From assembly GCF_009914755.1 (NCBI RefSeq), contig NC_060939.1: 64,000 bases of DNA; one strand, written 5' to 3'. A model generated the notes under the pieces. That model was not told the origin of the DNA. It worked only from the letters and a program-made list of their open reading frames with translations, and searched no databases. The stretch's first letter is position 1. Each line of letters opens with the position of its first letter. Shown one piece after another: positions 41,501-53,819 of the stretch. The position numbers and the translations under genes were made by a program. Source of the stretch: the human T2T-CHM13v2.0 reference genome, Homo sapiens.

Positions 41501-44500
41501 TTGAAAAATACAGAATGGCGGAATGGGTTTTTTAAAAATGTGATCCAGATGGCCTGGATCTGGATCTATAAAAATGTGATCTATATGCTGCCTACAAGAA
41601 ACTCCTTAACCTGTAAAGACACCTATAGACTGAAAGTAAAGGTATAGAAAAAGATATTCCTCACAAACAGAAACCAAAAGCAAACAGGAGTAGCTATACT
41701 TATATCAGATACAAGACACTTTAAGCCAAAAATAGTAAAAAGAGCCAAAATTATCATTTTATAATGATAAAGGGATCAGTTCAGTAAGAGGATATTACAA
41801 TAAGAGGATATTACAATTCTAAATATATATTCACCCAACACTGAAGTACCCAGATATATAAAGCAGATATCATTAGATCTAAAGGGAGAAGTAGACTCCA
41901 ATACAATAATAATGAGGGACTTCAACAGTACATTCTCAGCATTAAATAAATCATTTAGACAGATAATCAATGAAGAACATTAGATTTAAACTGGACTTTA
42001 GATCAAATGGACTGAACAGACATCCACAGGACATTTTATCCAACACTTGCAGAATACACATTCTTCTCACCAGCACATGAAACATTCTCCAGTATAGATC
42101 ATAAGTTAGGCCTCAAAATCAGTCTCAACAAATTTTTGAAAACTGAAGTCATATCAAGTATCTTCTCAGACCACAATGGAATGAAACTAGAAATCAATAC
42201 CAAAAGGAACTTAGAAACAATACACTACATGAAAATTAAACATGTTCCTGAATGAATACTGGGCCAATGAAAAAAGTAAGATGAAAATGAAAAGATTTCC
42301 TCAAACATATGAAAATGGAAACAAAACATACCAAAACCTATGGAATACAGCAAAAGCACTGCTAAGAGAGAATTTTATAGCAATAAATGCCTACATCAAA
42401 AAAGTAAAAAGATTTTAAATAAGCAATATAATGAAATGACTGAAAGAACCCGAAAAGCAAGAACAAAACCCAAAATTAGTAGAAGGTAAAAGATAATAAA
42501 GATCAGAGCATATGTAAATAAAATAGACTAAAAAATACAAAGGATCAATGAAATGAAAACTTGGTTTTTTTGAAAAGATGAACAAAGTTAATAAACTTTT
42601 AGCTAGACTAACCAAGAAAAAAAGAGAGAGGATCCAAATAAACAAAATCAGGAATGAAAACAAAGACATTACAACTTACGCCACAGAAATATATAAGATC
42701 AAGACTTTAAGAACAACTATATGCTAACTAACAGGAAAACCTAGAGGAAATGGATAAATTTCTGGACACATGCAAACTTCTAAGATTGAATCAGGAAGAA
42801 ACGGAAAATCTGAACATACCAAAAGCCAATAATGAGATTGAGTCTGCAATAAAAAGTCTCCCAACAAAGAAAAACCCAGAATTGGATGACTTCACTACCA
42901 GATTCTACCAAACATGTAAAGAAGAATTACTATAAATTATCCTTAAGTATACCAAAAAAACTGAAGAGAAGGGAATTCTCCCTAACTTGTTCTACAAGGC
43001 CAGCATTACCCTCATACCAAAATCAGAGAAGAACACAACAAAAAAAGAAAACTACAGATCAATATCTCTGATGAACATAGACATAAATATTCTGAACAAA
43101 AAAGTAACAAACTAAGTCCAACAGCAGGCTTGAGTGTGGTGGCTCCATGCCTTGTTTTGCCGTGTTTCCCAGGCTAGTCTCAAACTCCTGGGCTCAAATG
43201 ATCCTCCTGTGGGAAGCGGAGGCAGGCAGATCATTTGAGCACAGGAATATGAAACCAGCCTAGGAAACATGGCAAAACTCTCTCTCTACAAAAAATACAA
43301 AAATTAGTTGGGTGTGGTGGTGGCTTATACCTGTAGTCCCCACTACTCAGGACGCTGAAGTGGGAGGATCACTTGAGCCCCGGAGGTCGATGCTGCAGTG
43401 AGCTACGATTGCACCACTGCAGTGAAAGCCAGGTGACAGAGCACCTGGCTTTTTTTTTTGTGTCTCAAAGAAAAAAATTCCTACAACAGATCAAAAATAT
43501 AATACACCACGATCAAGTGAAATTTATCCCAGGAATGCAAGCATGGTTCAACATACGTAATAAATATGATACAGCACGTCAACAAAATGAAGGACAAAAA
43601 CCATATAGTTATCTCAATCGATGCAGAAAAATCATTTGATAAAATTCAACATCCCTTCATAAAAACTCTCAACAAACTAGGTGTAGATGGAACACAACTC
43701 AACATAATACAATCCATATATGACACCCACAGCTAACATCATACTGAATGAGGAAGAGTTGAAACCCTTTTTTCTAAGAACTGGAACAAGACAAGGATGC
43801 TCACTTTTTCCACTCCTATTCAACATAACTGAAATTCCTAGTCAGAGCAATCAGGCAAGAGAAAAAAATAGAAGCCATCCAAATTGAAAAATAGAAGTCA
43901 AATTGTTCCTGTTTGCAAGCAACATGATCTTACATTCAGAAAAAATTCAAGTGATTCCATCAAAAACTCTTAGAACTGATAACCAAATTCAGTAAAGTTT
44001 CAGGATACAAAATCAAGATACAAAATCAGTAGTGTTTCTATACACCAATAATGAAGTACCTGAGAAAGTACCTGAGAAAGAAAGCAATCCCATTTACAAT
44101 AGCTGTAAAAAAATAAAATACTTAAGGATAAATTTAACCAAGGAGGTGAAAAACCTCCACAAGGAAAACTACAAAACACCAGTGAAAGAAATTGGAGAGG
44201 GCACAAACAAATGAAAAGACATTCCATGCTCATGGATTGGAAGAATTAATATTGTTAAAATTATCATACTATGTTATTTTTCACAGAAATGGAAAAAAAA
44301 TTCCTAACATTCATATGGAACCAAAAAAGAGCCCAAATAGCCAAAGCAATCCTGACCAAAAAGAACAAAGCTGGAGGCATCACACTACCTGACTACAAAA
44401 TATATCACAAGACTAAAGTAACCAAAACAGCATGGTATTGGTGTAAAACAGACACATAGGCCAATGGAACAGAATACAGAACCCAGAAATAAATCCAAAC

Positions 44501-45928
44501 ATTTACAGTCAATGGATTTTTGACAAAGACACTAAGTACACACACTAGAGAACAGACATCCTCTTCAATAAGTAGTGATGGGAAAACTGAATATCCATAT
44601 GCAGAAGAATGAAACTGGACCCCTAACTCTCACCATACACAAAAATTAACTCAATATGAATTAAAGACTTAAATATAATCCCCAAAATGATATAACTACT
44701 AGAAGATAACATAGGGAAAACAACTTCCAGACACTGGTCTCTAGGCAATGATTTTACGGCTAAGACCTCAAAAGCACAGGCAACAAAAACATAGGCAAGT
44801 GAGACTACATGAAATGAAAAAGCTTCTGCACAGCAAAGGAAACAATCAACAGACTGAAGAGACAGTCTGTTGAAAGGAAGAAAGCATTTGCAAAGTATTC
44901 ATCTAACAAGGGAGTAATATCTGGAATATACAAGGAACTCAATTAAAACAGTAAGAAAACAATCCCATTAAAAAGCAAAGAACATGAATAGACATTTCTC
45001 AAAATAAGACACACAAATAGCCAACTTATATATGAAAAATGCTCAACATCATTAATTATCAGAGACATGCAAATCAAAACTACAATGAGATGTGATTTTA
45101 TTTCAGCTAGAATAGCTACTATTAAATAAATAAATTAATAAATAACAGATGCTGGTAAAGGGAGCTATTACACTTTGTTGGTGAGAATGTAAATTAGTAC
45201 AGCCACTAGAGAAAACACTATGGAGATTTCTCCAAAAACTAAAAATAGAACTACCATATAATCTAACAATCCCAGTACTGGGTATTTATTCAAAGGAAAT
45301 GAAATTACTATATCAAAGGGATATCTGCACCCCATGTTTACTGTAGCACTACTCATAATATCAAATATATATGAAATCAACCCAAGTGTCCATAAATGGA
45401 TGAATCAATAAAGAAAATGTGGTGTATACACATACAATGGAATACTATTCAACCATCAAAAAAGAATGAAATCCTACCATTTTAAGCAACATGAATGGAA
45501 CCACGGGTTCCATGTTAAGTCAAATAAGGCACAGAATGACAAGTTTCACATGTTCTCACTCCTATGCGAAAACTAAAAAAGTTGATCTCATAGAGAGTAG
45601 AATGATAGATACCAGACACTAGGAAGGTTGTATGGGTGGGAATGCGGGGGATGAAGAGAGGTTGGTTAATTAGTACAAACGTATAGTTAGATGGAAGGAA
45701 TAAATTATAAAGTTCAACAGCAGAGTATGGTGGGTATAGTTAGCAACCATGTATTGTATATTTCAAGTTAGCCAGAAGAGAGGACTTTCTTTCCCAACAC
45801 AAAGAAATGATAAAGACTCAAAGTGATGGATATCCTAAATACACTGACTTGAACATTATACATTCTATCCATATAATAAAATATCACATGTGCCCCCAAA
45901 ATATGTATAAATATTGTATATCAATTTA
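38570..45928 (+). mobile_element. Near full-length, decayed L1MA-type LINE-1 (5' UTR, ORF1, ORF2, 3' UTR), antisense to the host gene
   Basis: ORF2 remnants in the ORF track (MDKFLD...LNQEE; [17 protein letters not shown]; FFTEMEK...[14 protein letters not shown]); ORF1-like region about 40250-41250; L1MA-like 3' end; candidate TSD AAGAGTCAA at 38557-38565 and 45929-45937; many stops and frameshifts. Confidence 0.92.
43127..43477 (+). mobile_element. Rearranged AluJ inserted in L1 ORF2
   Basis: AluJ right arm (gggaggatcacttgagccc...ggtcgatgctgcagtgagct); internal inverted segments; L1 ORF2 resumes afterwards. Confidence 0.9.
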
Positions 45929-47258
45929 AAGAGTCAATCCAAAAATCAAAAGGTAAAGAATCTACTTTTAAAATTTTAATTGATTATTAAATAAGTTACT
46001 AATATTTCCCCAACTGACTCTATGGGGTCTATCATTAAAATTATACCAATAATAATATTTAAATTATATTAGTAGTAGCTAATTAAATTTCCCAATTTTT
46101 ATTTGGCAAAGACATGTGCAGTATTTAGTCATAGTTTCTAACCAGCACGATATAGCAGGTTTTTTTTTTTTTTTTAACTGCAGGTAAAACCGAGAGGCTG
46201 GGAGATTCGTGTACAAGTACCATCAAGTAGTGGTGCTGACTTTTAAGACTTCCTTTTTTTAAAGTTCAGGAAGAATAGTTTAATGACAGAGACATATTTG
46301 GGAAGCCACAGAGCTCTACTATTATATTGAAGGAAGGTTAGCTCCCCATCTAGAATGGAGCAAGCGATAAGTAATTTGCATCTGTGTCATCATTCTGCTT
46401 GGCCAGTGTCTAAGTGAGCTGAGCTTAGAGAAGCTACTACAAGCAGCAAGCAAGCAAAAATTGTTATAAGACAGTATTTTTTAAGTTCTAGGAAAATATT
46501 TTTGTAGATTTTTAAACGTTCTTCTCCAAATAAAGTAACAAGAAATAAGGAAATGAAATAAATTGGTACATCTTAAGAAATATTATCTCTCAAACTTTAA
46601 TGTCTGTCCACTGCTACCTCCAATTTCAGCACTTACGTATTTTCTGGTACTGTGCAGTAGTTACACAAATCTCACAGTATTTTATTTCACATAAACAGTG
46701 TATATCTGGGTTCAATAGTAACTACATCAAAATATCTACTTTCTTTAATGCTGAAAGACTCTATTCCATCTTTATATGCTGTTTACAGCTGTTTCCCAAA
46801 CTTATCTGATCATAAGCTTCATCTAGGTGCTTATTAAATACAAAGTCCCATATCCCATTCCGTGTAGATTCTTAATTTGTAGGTCAGAATGAAGCTAGGG
46901 CATTGGTATTTTTAAGAAGTATCTCATGATACTGATCACTCATCACCACGCAAGAGTGAGCAGGTACTAACCAAAGCACAATTTTAAAGGACAACTCAAC
47001 ATAGCTGATTTGAAATTCTTTTCTAAAAATAGTTGAGAAATGTTGGAGGCCTGAAGACAATAATTCATTACTGATATCAGCTTCATCTCAGTTTGTCACC
47101 AAAATGAAAGGAAGTTTAGGAAACATGCACAAAGAACTTTATACTAAGTTAAGACCACAGGAAACTATAGCATAGCTTTTCACTTTCTCAACTCTCTGAT
47201 CTTTTTTCCCTCCCTCCCTCTCGTCCTTCCATCCTTTCCTCCTTCCTTCAACACCTAC

Positions 47259-47364
47259 CTGAGTTCTTCTCTCACTTCCACAGCATTATTCCCTGCTATC
47301 ACAAACACATCATTCATGTCGTCAGTCAGCATGTTGCAGGCATAACCGATGTTGATGGCAGTTT
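47259..47364 (-). CDS. ATP8B4: Coding exon E (106 nt, phase 1-2): (E)TAINIGYACNMLTDDMNDVFVIAGNNAVEVREEL(R)
   Basis: Not in the ORF track. Acceptor tgttag|AA; donor CAG|gtaggt; ETAINIG motif continues from TGDKQ. Confidence 0.95.
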
Positions 47365-48129
47365 CTAACACAAAATAAAGCCCAATTCAGTTAAAATGTT
47401 ACTTAATAACCTAAGTCCATTTTTAATGAAAGTTTTGAGGGCTTAGCTGTATTTTCTTAAAGCCTACAGGGGGCTGATGTCAGAGAGAGCACAACAGGTG
47501 ATAAAATACAAGCAGTGCAGAGGGAAATTCAAAGACCTGGGTTTCAGGATCAAATTCCCTACTTGCTAAACCCATGCACAAGTAGCAACACTAACGAATG
47601 TGCAGCCTTCTCATCTAGTTTTCAGAAAAACCTTTTCATTCCCAAATTAGCACTCATGAAAATAAGATCTTGTGACATAATATGTACAAATATAAAACCT
47701 TTGACCAGAAGTCTGAATACTGTCTTGGGAGAGATAAACTACTAAACTTAGCCAATATTTAATTCTGAAATGGAAGACAATTTGAAGAAAAAACTCACAA
47801 AATGTTCAGTTGAATGACAAAAAAAAATGCTCTTATGAAATTTTTATAGTTCTCTCACACACAACATTGCCATTTTCCCATTAAATATATGGAAATTTGG
47901 AATTTGACTATCATCTCAAAAACCACCCAGCACTGTTCTCCTAGAGAACTGGAGAATCAGATGGTGTTGGGTAATTCTTCCTCTAATTTTATAGAAATGG
48001 AACCTAAGATAATCAGATAACTCCTTCTATCTAATAGAGTTATTTGATTGTCTCTAACTGTATAGAATAATTAGACTCTAGCTAATTCTATGGAATCATT
48101 AGTTTTGTCCTAAATTAAGGAAGGTAATT

Positions 48130-48420
48130 GATAAAATCTCAGCATATACCTTGTATAAACCACAGAAATTAAAGCTAAATAATAGTAAACTCATGGATAT
48201 TAGTAATAATAGAACGGCTGTAACTGACCAAAATCAAACTCTAGAGAGTTTCTACCTAGTAACACACCGGAGTGCTCAACTTTCTACTGTTTATTTTTTG
48301 TGATCAATGATTTGGATAAAGATGTAGAGAATTGATGCATCACATGTGCAGATCCCCTAATGCTATAAAAAATACCTAATAAGTAGATAGAATTTTAACA
48401 TAGGTGTATGCCAGTTAGTT
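48130..48420 (+). mobile_element. L3/CR1 reverse-transcriptase fragment (highly diverged)
   Basis: atcaatgatttggataaagatgtagag...tgtgcagat resembles CR1 RT INDLD...FADD coding sequence. Confidence 0.45.
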
Positions 48421-49163
48421 GAATATTTTTCATTTACAAATAGCCAAGCATAAAATCATTTTTGTTTTAACCATTACTGCTAGCAGTAGATCAAAAATAT
48501 GTTGGTCCCCTTTTCTTTCATAGGAAACATAGTAGAACACGATGATTCACTAATGATTTGGCATTTTGTCAAGCCTGAAGGTCAATGAATTCTCACTGTA
48601 CCTTGTATAGACAGTCCTGGAATTCAGCCAGGTTGCACTGTTACAGCTGTAGTAGTTATTAAAATACCAAAATATTTCTATAAATGGTTGATAAACAGCT
48701 GTTTCCCTGAGCTTCTTCAAAGTGTTCCCATCACCCTGACACTTCCCCTAAGATCCTTCAAATTCCCCACCATCAAGAAACTAAAGGAGTAACCCAAGGT
48801 CTCCAATATCCTGCTTTAGTTCTGTGCCAATATCTGTCCTGACTGGGGACAGTGTTCATATAAACCAATTGTTAAACATTTTAAATACCATTTTTGCCTC
48901 TAGGTGTAATGATTATATTCAAGAGGCAATTGGACCGAAACTTAACTGACTCCAGCTTATACTATGGAAGGCATTTTGTTAGTTTGGTTTGTTTTAAAAT
49001 AGATTCTTGCAATACATTAACTTCCTCTTCTCTATTTCAAGTCTTTCCTATGTGGAAGATTGGGTGAATATTTAATTAATTAACCTTTCTGGTTAATTAA
49101 AATTTTGTGATATAAGTCATCTCCCCATTTTCAAAATATCATCAACATCCATTTTCAAGTTAC

Positions 49164-49275
49164 CTTGTTTGTCTCCTGTTAGGACCCAGATCTTAATATT
49201 GGCTAGTGATAAACTTGTAACTGTTTCAATAACACCCTCCTGTAACTTATCTTCTACAGCAGTGGCACCTAGTAG
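49164..49275 (-). CDS. ATP8B4: Coding exon D (112 nt, phase 0-1): [37 protein letters not shown](E)
   Basis: Not in the ORF track; translated by hand. Acceptor caataaag|CTA; donor CAAG|gtaact; [10 protein letters not shown] and TGD P-domain motifs. Confidence 0.95.
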
Positions 49276-49709
49276 CTTTATTGAAAAAGAGAGAAAAGTT
49301 TATGTTAATGCATGCAAACAATATCTATAACATCTATGGATTTCACTCACAGATTCTGGAGGCCAAAGAATATTAATTGAAGACAGAAATTATGATACAT
49401 TGATATAGCAGGCATCCTATTTTGTGTGAAAGTGGATTGGGAAGGACTCCAGAAGGAAGTTCCCAAATCAAGCCAACTTAGCAGAGATCTTGGGACTTAT
49501 TATTTACTTGAAGGGGCTGATATGCTCAGATAACATGTTAGCGTGAGCAGTAGGAAGCCATTTGGACTTAAGAACTCCCCAGCTGCTTCCCCACTTATAT
49601 CAACAGTGGAGGAGTCCAAAGAATAGCCTTCATCCCATAGTCAGGAAGCTGATCACAAAAAGTCTAGTCATTCTTCTACATTAACAAACCAGCAGACGCC
49701 ATAAACTAA

Positions 49710-50041
<332 letters not shown>

Positions 50042-50570
50042 ACGATTTTTCATCAAAAGTTGAGCAAAGCATACTCTCTAGTACCTCACAGTGGGTGAGG
50101 TATTCCTGGCCACTGGGGCTTCAGGTAAGAGTGGTTTTTAGAATAGACCATGCTCTGGATAGCACAGATATCATCAGAATCTCATGGCTTAGGATGGTTT
50201 AGAACTGTAGCCCCATTCTTCACAGCAAATTTCTCTGCTCTAAAAAGGTGGGTAATAAAACAAGGAGAAAAGTAAAAATCCCATAACATCAAGGACCATC
50301 AGAGGTTGACAAAGAATAGGTAGCCTACTATCTTCTACTCTTGGGAAGCTTCCAATTGCATAAGCTACTGCTAATAGAAATACAATTCTAGGCTCTCTAG
50401 GACCATACATGGAAAACTCAAAGCCAACATATAAAGCATGATTCAGTGATTGAAAGAGAAACATCTGCTGTGTGCAAGATGACTTAGCCAATGGCTTATT
50501 CCTGTGCTAAATCTCTAAACACATACTATCTTTCCTGTAAACACAAACCATCATGCTTCTAAACTCATAC

Positions 50571-50735
50571 CATCAAATCTCTTTCAATTTCTTCATATAG
50601 CCCAGCTATTCGTTCATCCCTCTCTTCTGTGGCAGCATTCGCATCTTCAAGCATCTTATGCCACTCTTTAAAGTACTTGTCATCCAGGTCTCTGTATGCG
50701 ATGGCCAAGGTCCGAAGGCCTTCCCCTGCAAATTC
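50571..50735 (-). CDS. ATP8B4: Coding exon C (165 nt, phase 0-0): EFAGEGLRTLAIAYRDLDD...YEEIERDLM
   Basis: Acceptor ggcag|GAA; donor ATG|gtatga; GLRTL motif. Confidence 0.96.
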
Positions 50736-53703
50736 CTGCCAGAGATGACATAGACTCATGAACCATCAAAGAAACAATAAGCACAGAAATAACAACAACA
50801 AAAATAATTGGTGAGAAATTTTTCACTCAAATTCATTTTGTACCAAGAGCACTGCTTGGCTATCCTTACTCTCAACTTTTTAATCTCCTCAGAAATGGGA
50901 GATAATGTGTGTGTTTTCCGTTTTATTTCTATGAGGTTAAAACATGCAGGGGAGCAAGTCTTCCCCCTAAACACAGCTGAAAAGCCTGCTGAAGTGTCCT
51001 AGTTGAGAGGTGATCAGTGACACCCATGACTTGAGATATTCATTTATGGCAACATATATTTGTTTCCAATCTGTCCTTGACGGAAGGAAGCATTTCTGGC
51101 CATGAGAGGGACCCAGTGTGTTTTATGGACCTCAGCTTTCAGTGAAGAGGAAAGGACCCTTAGAGAAGCCATAGTCCTCAAATCAAAGGCAGGAGGCTCT
51201 CCCCAGGAACCACAACATGACATCACACCCAAGTCTTGTCACATTCCCCCTAGTGATATGCCTATGCCTAAAATTGAGTCCTACTTTTGCATATGCTTGA
51301 AAATTTTCATGATAAAAAGCTAAAAGTAAATAATAAATGAATAAATAGATGTTAAATAGTCAGATATTAGAAGTTTAAGCATATTACTTAAGGTTATAAC
51401 AATAACCTCTAGGGCAAAAGGGGAGAGAAAGGAAGAAAAGCTAATATAGGTGGTTGCTTCTGGGAAGCAGGACTAAATGTGGAGGCTGACCTTCACTTTT
51501 CATTATAGACTCCTCCGTGAAACTTTTTATTTTTTGCTGTATTAAAGTTTTATCTTAATAATAACAAATTGTTGGGAATTTTAAAGATACCATTATCAAG
51601 TCAGCTTAGTGCAAAAAAGGTATTATTTTTTAGAAGCTATATTCTATGAAGTTAGTACTAAATTAGTCAAACTGATTGGGGAAGCATACTCTTCCTTTTT
51701 CCTGTATCGTGACAATCTCAAACACCTTTGGTGCTTTATCCTAATAGTAGGGGAAAAGAAAAAGAGGAGACTGGTATTTGCTAAGTGTCTCACACAGCCA
51801 TAGTAACTAGAAACATATGTAGATTGCTTTGGGGGAAATGCTCAAAAACTCCCATTCCGCTTGTGCTTCCAGTGGTCATTTTATGGGCCTCTACACTGCA
51901 AGTAAAGCATTTTTATGGCCATTTCTGCTCCTTTGGGTATTGCCATTGAGTATGTCTCCTCTGTGGTGTTTTGGCGTATGGTACACATAGAGGTTTATAA
52001 TCAGGCGTAGGTTAAACTGTGAGATACTGTAATTAGGTAAATAGAAAAGTCAATGCATACTGCAATGAGATGGTTTACCCCAGACAGATATTGAGAAAAA
52101 GTATCCAAATTTCTATAGTAGGCAGTTGGTAGCACTTCGGATATTGGAATCACATTTTGCAAGCCCTGCCTTTCAAGACCACAACTGGATCCCCTACGGA
52201 TCTGAAAATCTAGCTACTGTCTTGTAATGATCTTTTGTCCTCTTAATTCACACAAGCACTTTTTTGCCTTTAACTTGCATCCCCACTGGGCATTACCACT
52301 GCCTTCCTCTCTGTTCTGCACAACAGTGAATGAACAATAAGATGACATTACAAAAGGAAACGGATGATTTAAATTATTTAATTAGTACATGAAACACAAG
52401 TTCAATCCTAAATGAGCATTTTATTAAGGTCTTTTCCTATCATTAAACAATTCGAAATCAGTAATTAAATAAACATTTAAGACCTCAGAATCTAGAAGTC
52501 AAAATGAATAAAGTGAATGAAGCAAAGAGCAAGTTAAATTTATATTACCTGAAAAAAAATTATTTTGCAGAGAAATGTAAAAAGACCAAATTAGGTTTCC
52601 TATAGTTTAGTATTAAAGGAGAATGTATGAAAAACCAGGGCCTTGGTGTTTGAGTAACGGCAATAAGTCAGACACTTATGATTCCAGTGTTGTGTTCATT
52701 AAAAAAAATTTAAAAGACCATGCTGGCCTCCTGGAAAAGATTAAAAGAAAATCAATTCTCTATTGGAAAGACAAAAAACAATAGCTATGTTTGTAACCAA
52801 TATTACCAAACCATCATTTTTTAAATTTAAAGTGAGACAGAGGATTTTTTTTATTTGTTTATTTGCTTTTTAAAGATTCAGGGAATGTTTTGCATTAAAT
52901 ATAGGGTCTGACAAAGAACATGAATACTCAATAATATCTTAAAGGAAAGAAACCAATGAGAAAATGACAGTTTTGACCAGATGCCCTTAAATGGAACCAT
53001 AGGCAAATATTTGAGACACACTTGAATCTCAGGTTTAAAACAAGTAAAGCTCATATTAATTCCCATTCCCTTACTTTTTGGCATTTAACAAAAAAGTGCC
53101 AAAAATCACTCTTACTTCTTTCAGAAAGCTTTTGGAAAGAAATTATGCTGGTCTCAGAATATACAAGTTTGGTGTCTGAGGGCACACAAGTGACTCATCA
53201 TGATTTATGACCTGAATAAAAAGACCCTTAGAGGAGAAAGTGTGCACCAGAGACTATTTTCCTCTCACAATCTAAACACAACTCTAAACTTTCCCTAGAG
53301 GTAATCATAAGATATTCCACTGGTGCCAAACACATCAGAACCCAAGGAAAAGGAGCTCTCTGTCTCCTCTTTCCAAAACTAGTCCAGTCTTCCAAGAGGA
53401 GCAACATGAAGCTGCAGGGGAGTTACAGCAGGTTCCCTAGACGCCCACATTCTGTGGCTACTACTCAGTTGCTGTGTGTTCCTCCACCTGTAGAGACTGA
53501 CTGGACTTCCAACGGGGCAGAAAGGGGGGTGGTCCTTGTGCCAATTCCCAGACAATCATTGGCACAGCTTCCTGTGGAACCATTCTCCAGATGCTTTCTA
53601 TTTCAGTAGTCAAATCATCTAGCTGCTATTTTTTTTAAACAAGACCTAACCATAGGAGATGGCAAAAGGGCCATTGTGCTAACCTTAAGACGGAGGCACT
53701 TAC

Positions 53704-53819
53704 ACTGAGGTGGTCTGACGTCAAAGACAAAAGGACTTCATTGGAAGGATGAAGTTTTTCAAACAGAATAGTATCTGCTCCTTTGGAATAAAGCTTTATC
53801 TGTCCTTCTGGGTTTCGAA
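53704..53819 (-). CDS. ATP8B4: Coding exon B (116 nt, phase 1-0): (V)RNPEGQIKLYSKGADTILFEKLHPSNEVLLSLTSDHLS
   Basis: Acceptor ttttcag|TT; donor AGT|gtaagt; KGAD nucleotide-binding motif. Confidence 0.96.

Noticed and set aside
42750-44459. L1 ORF2-like ORFs as a functional retrotransposase
   Set aside because: Fragmented by stops, frameshifts, deletions and an Alu insertion.
49076-49100. TTAATTAACC/GGTTAATTAA hairpin downstream of the exon D donor
   Set aside because: AT-rich, low complexity and weak; no supporting evidence.
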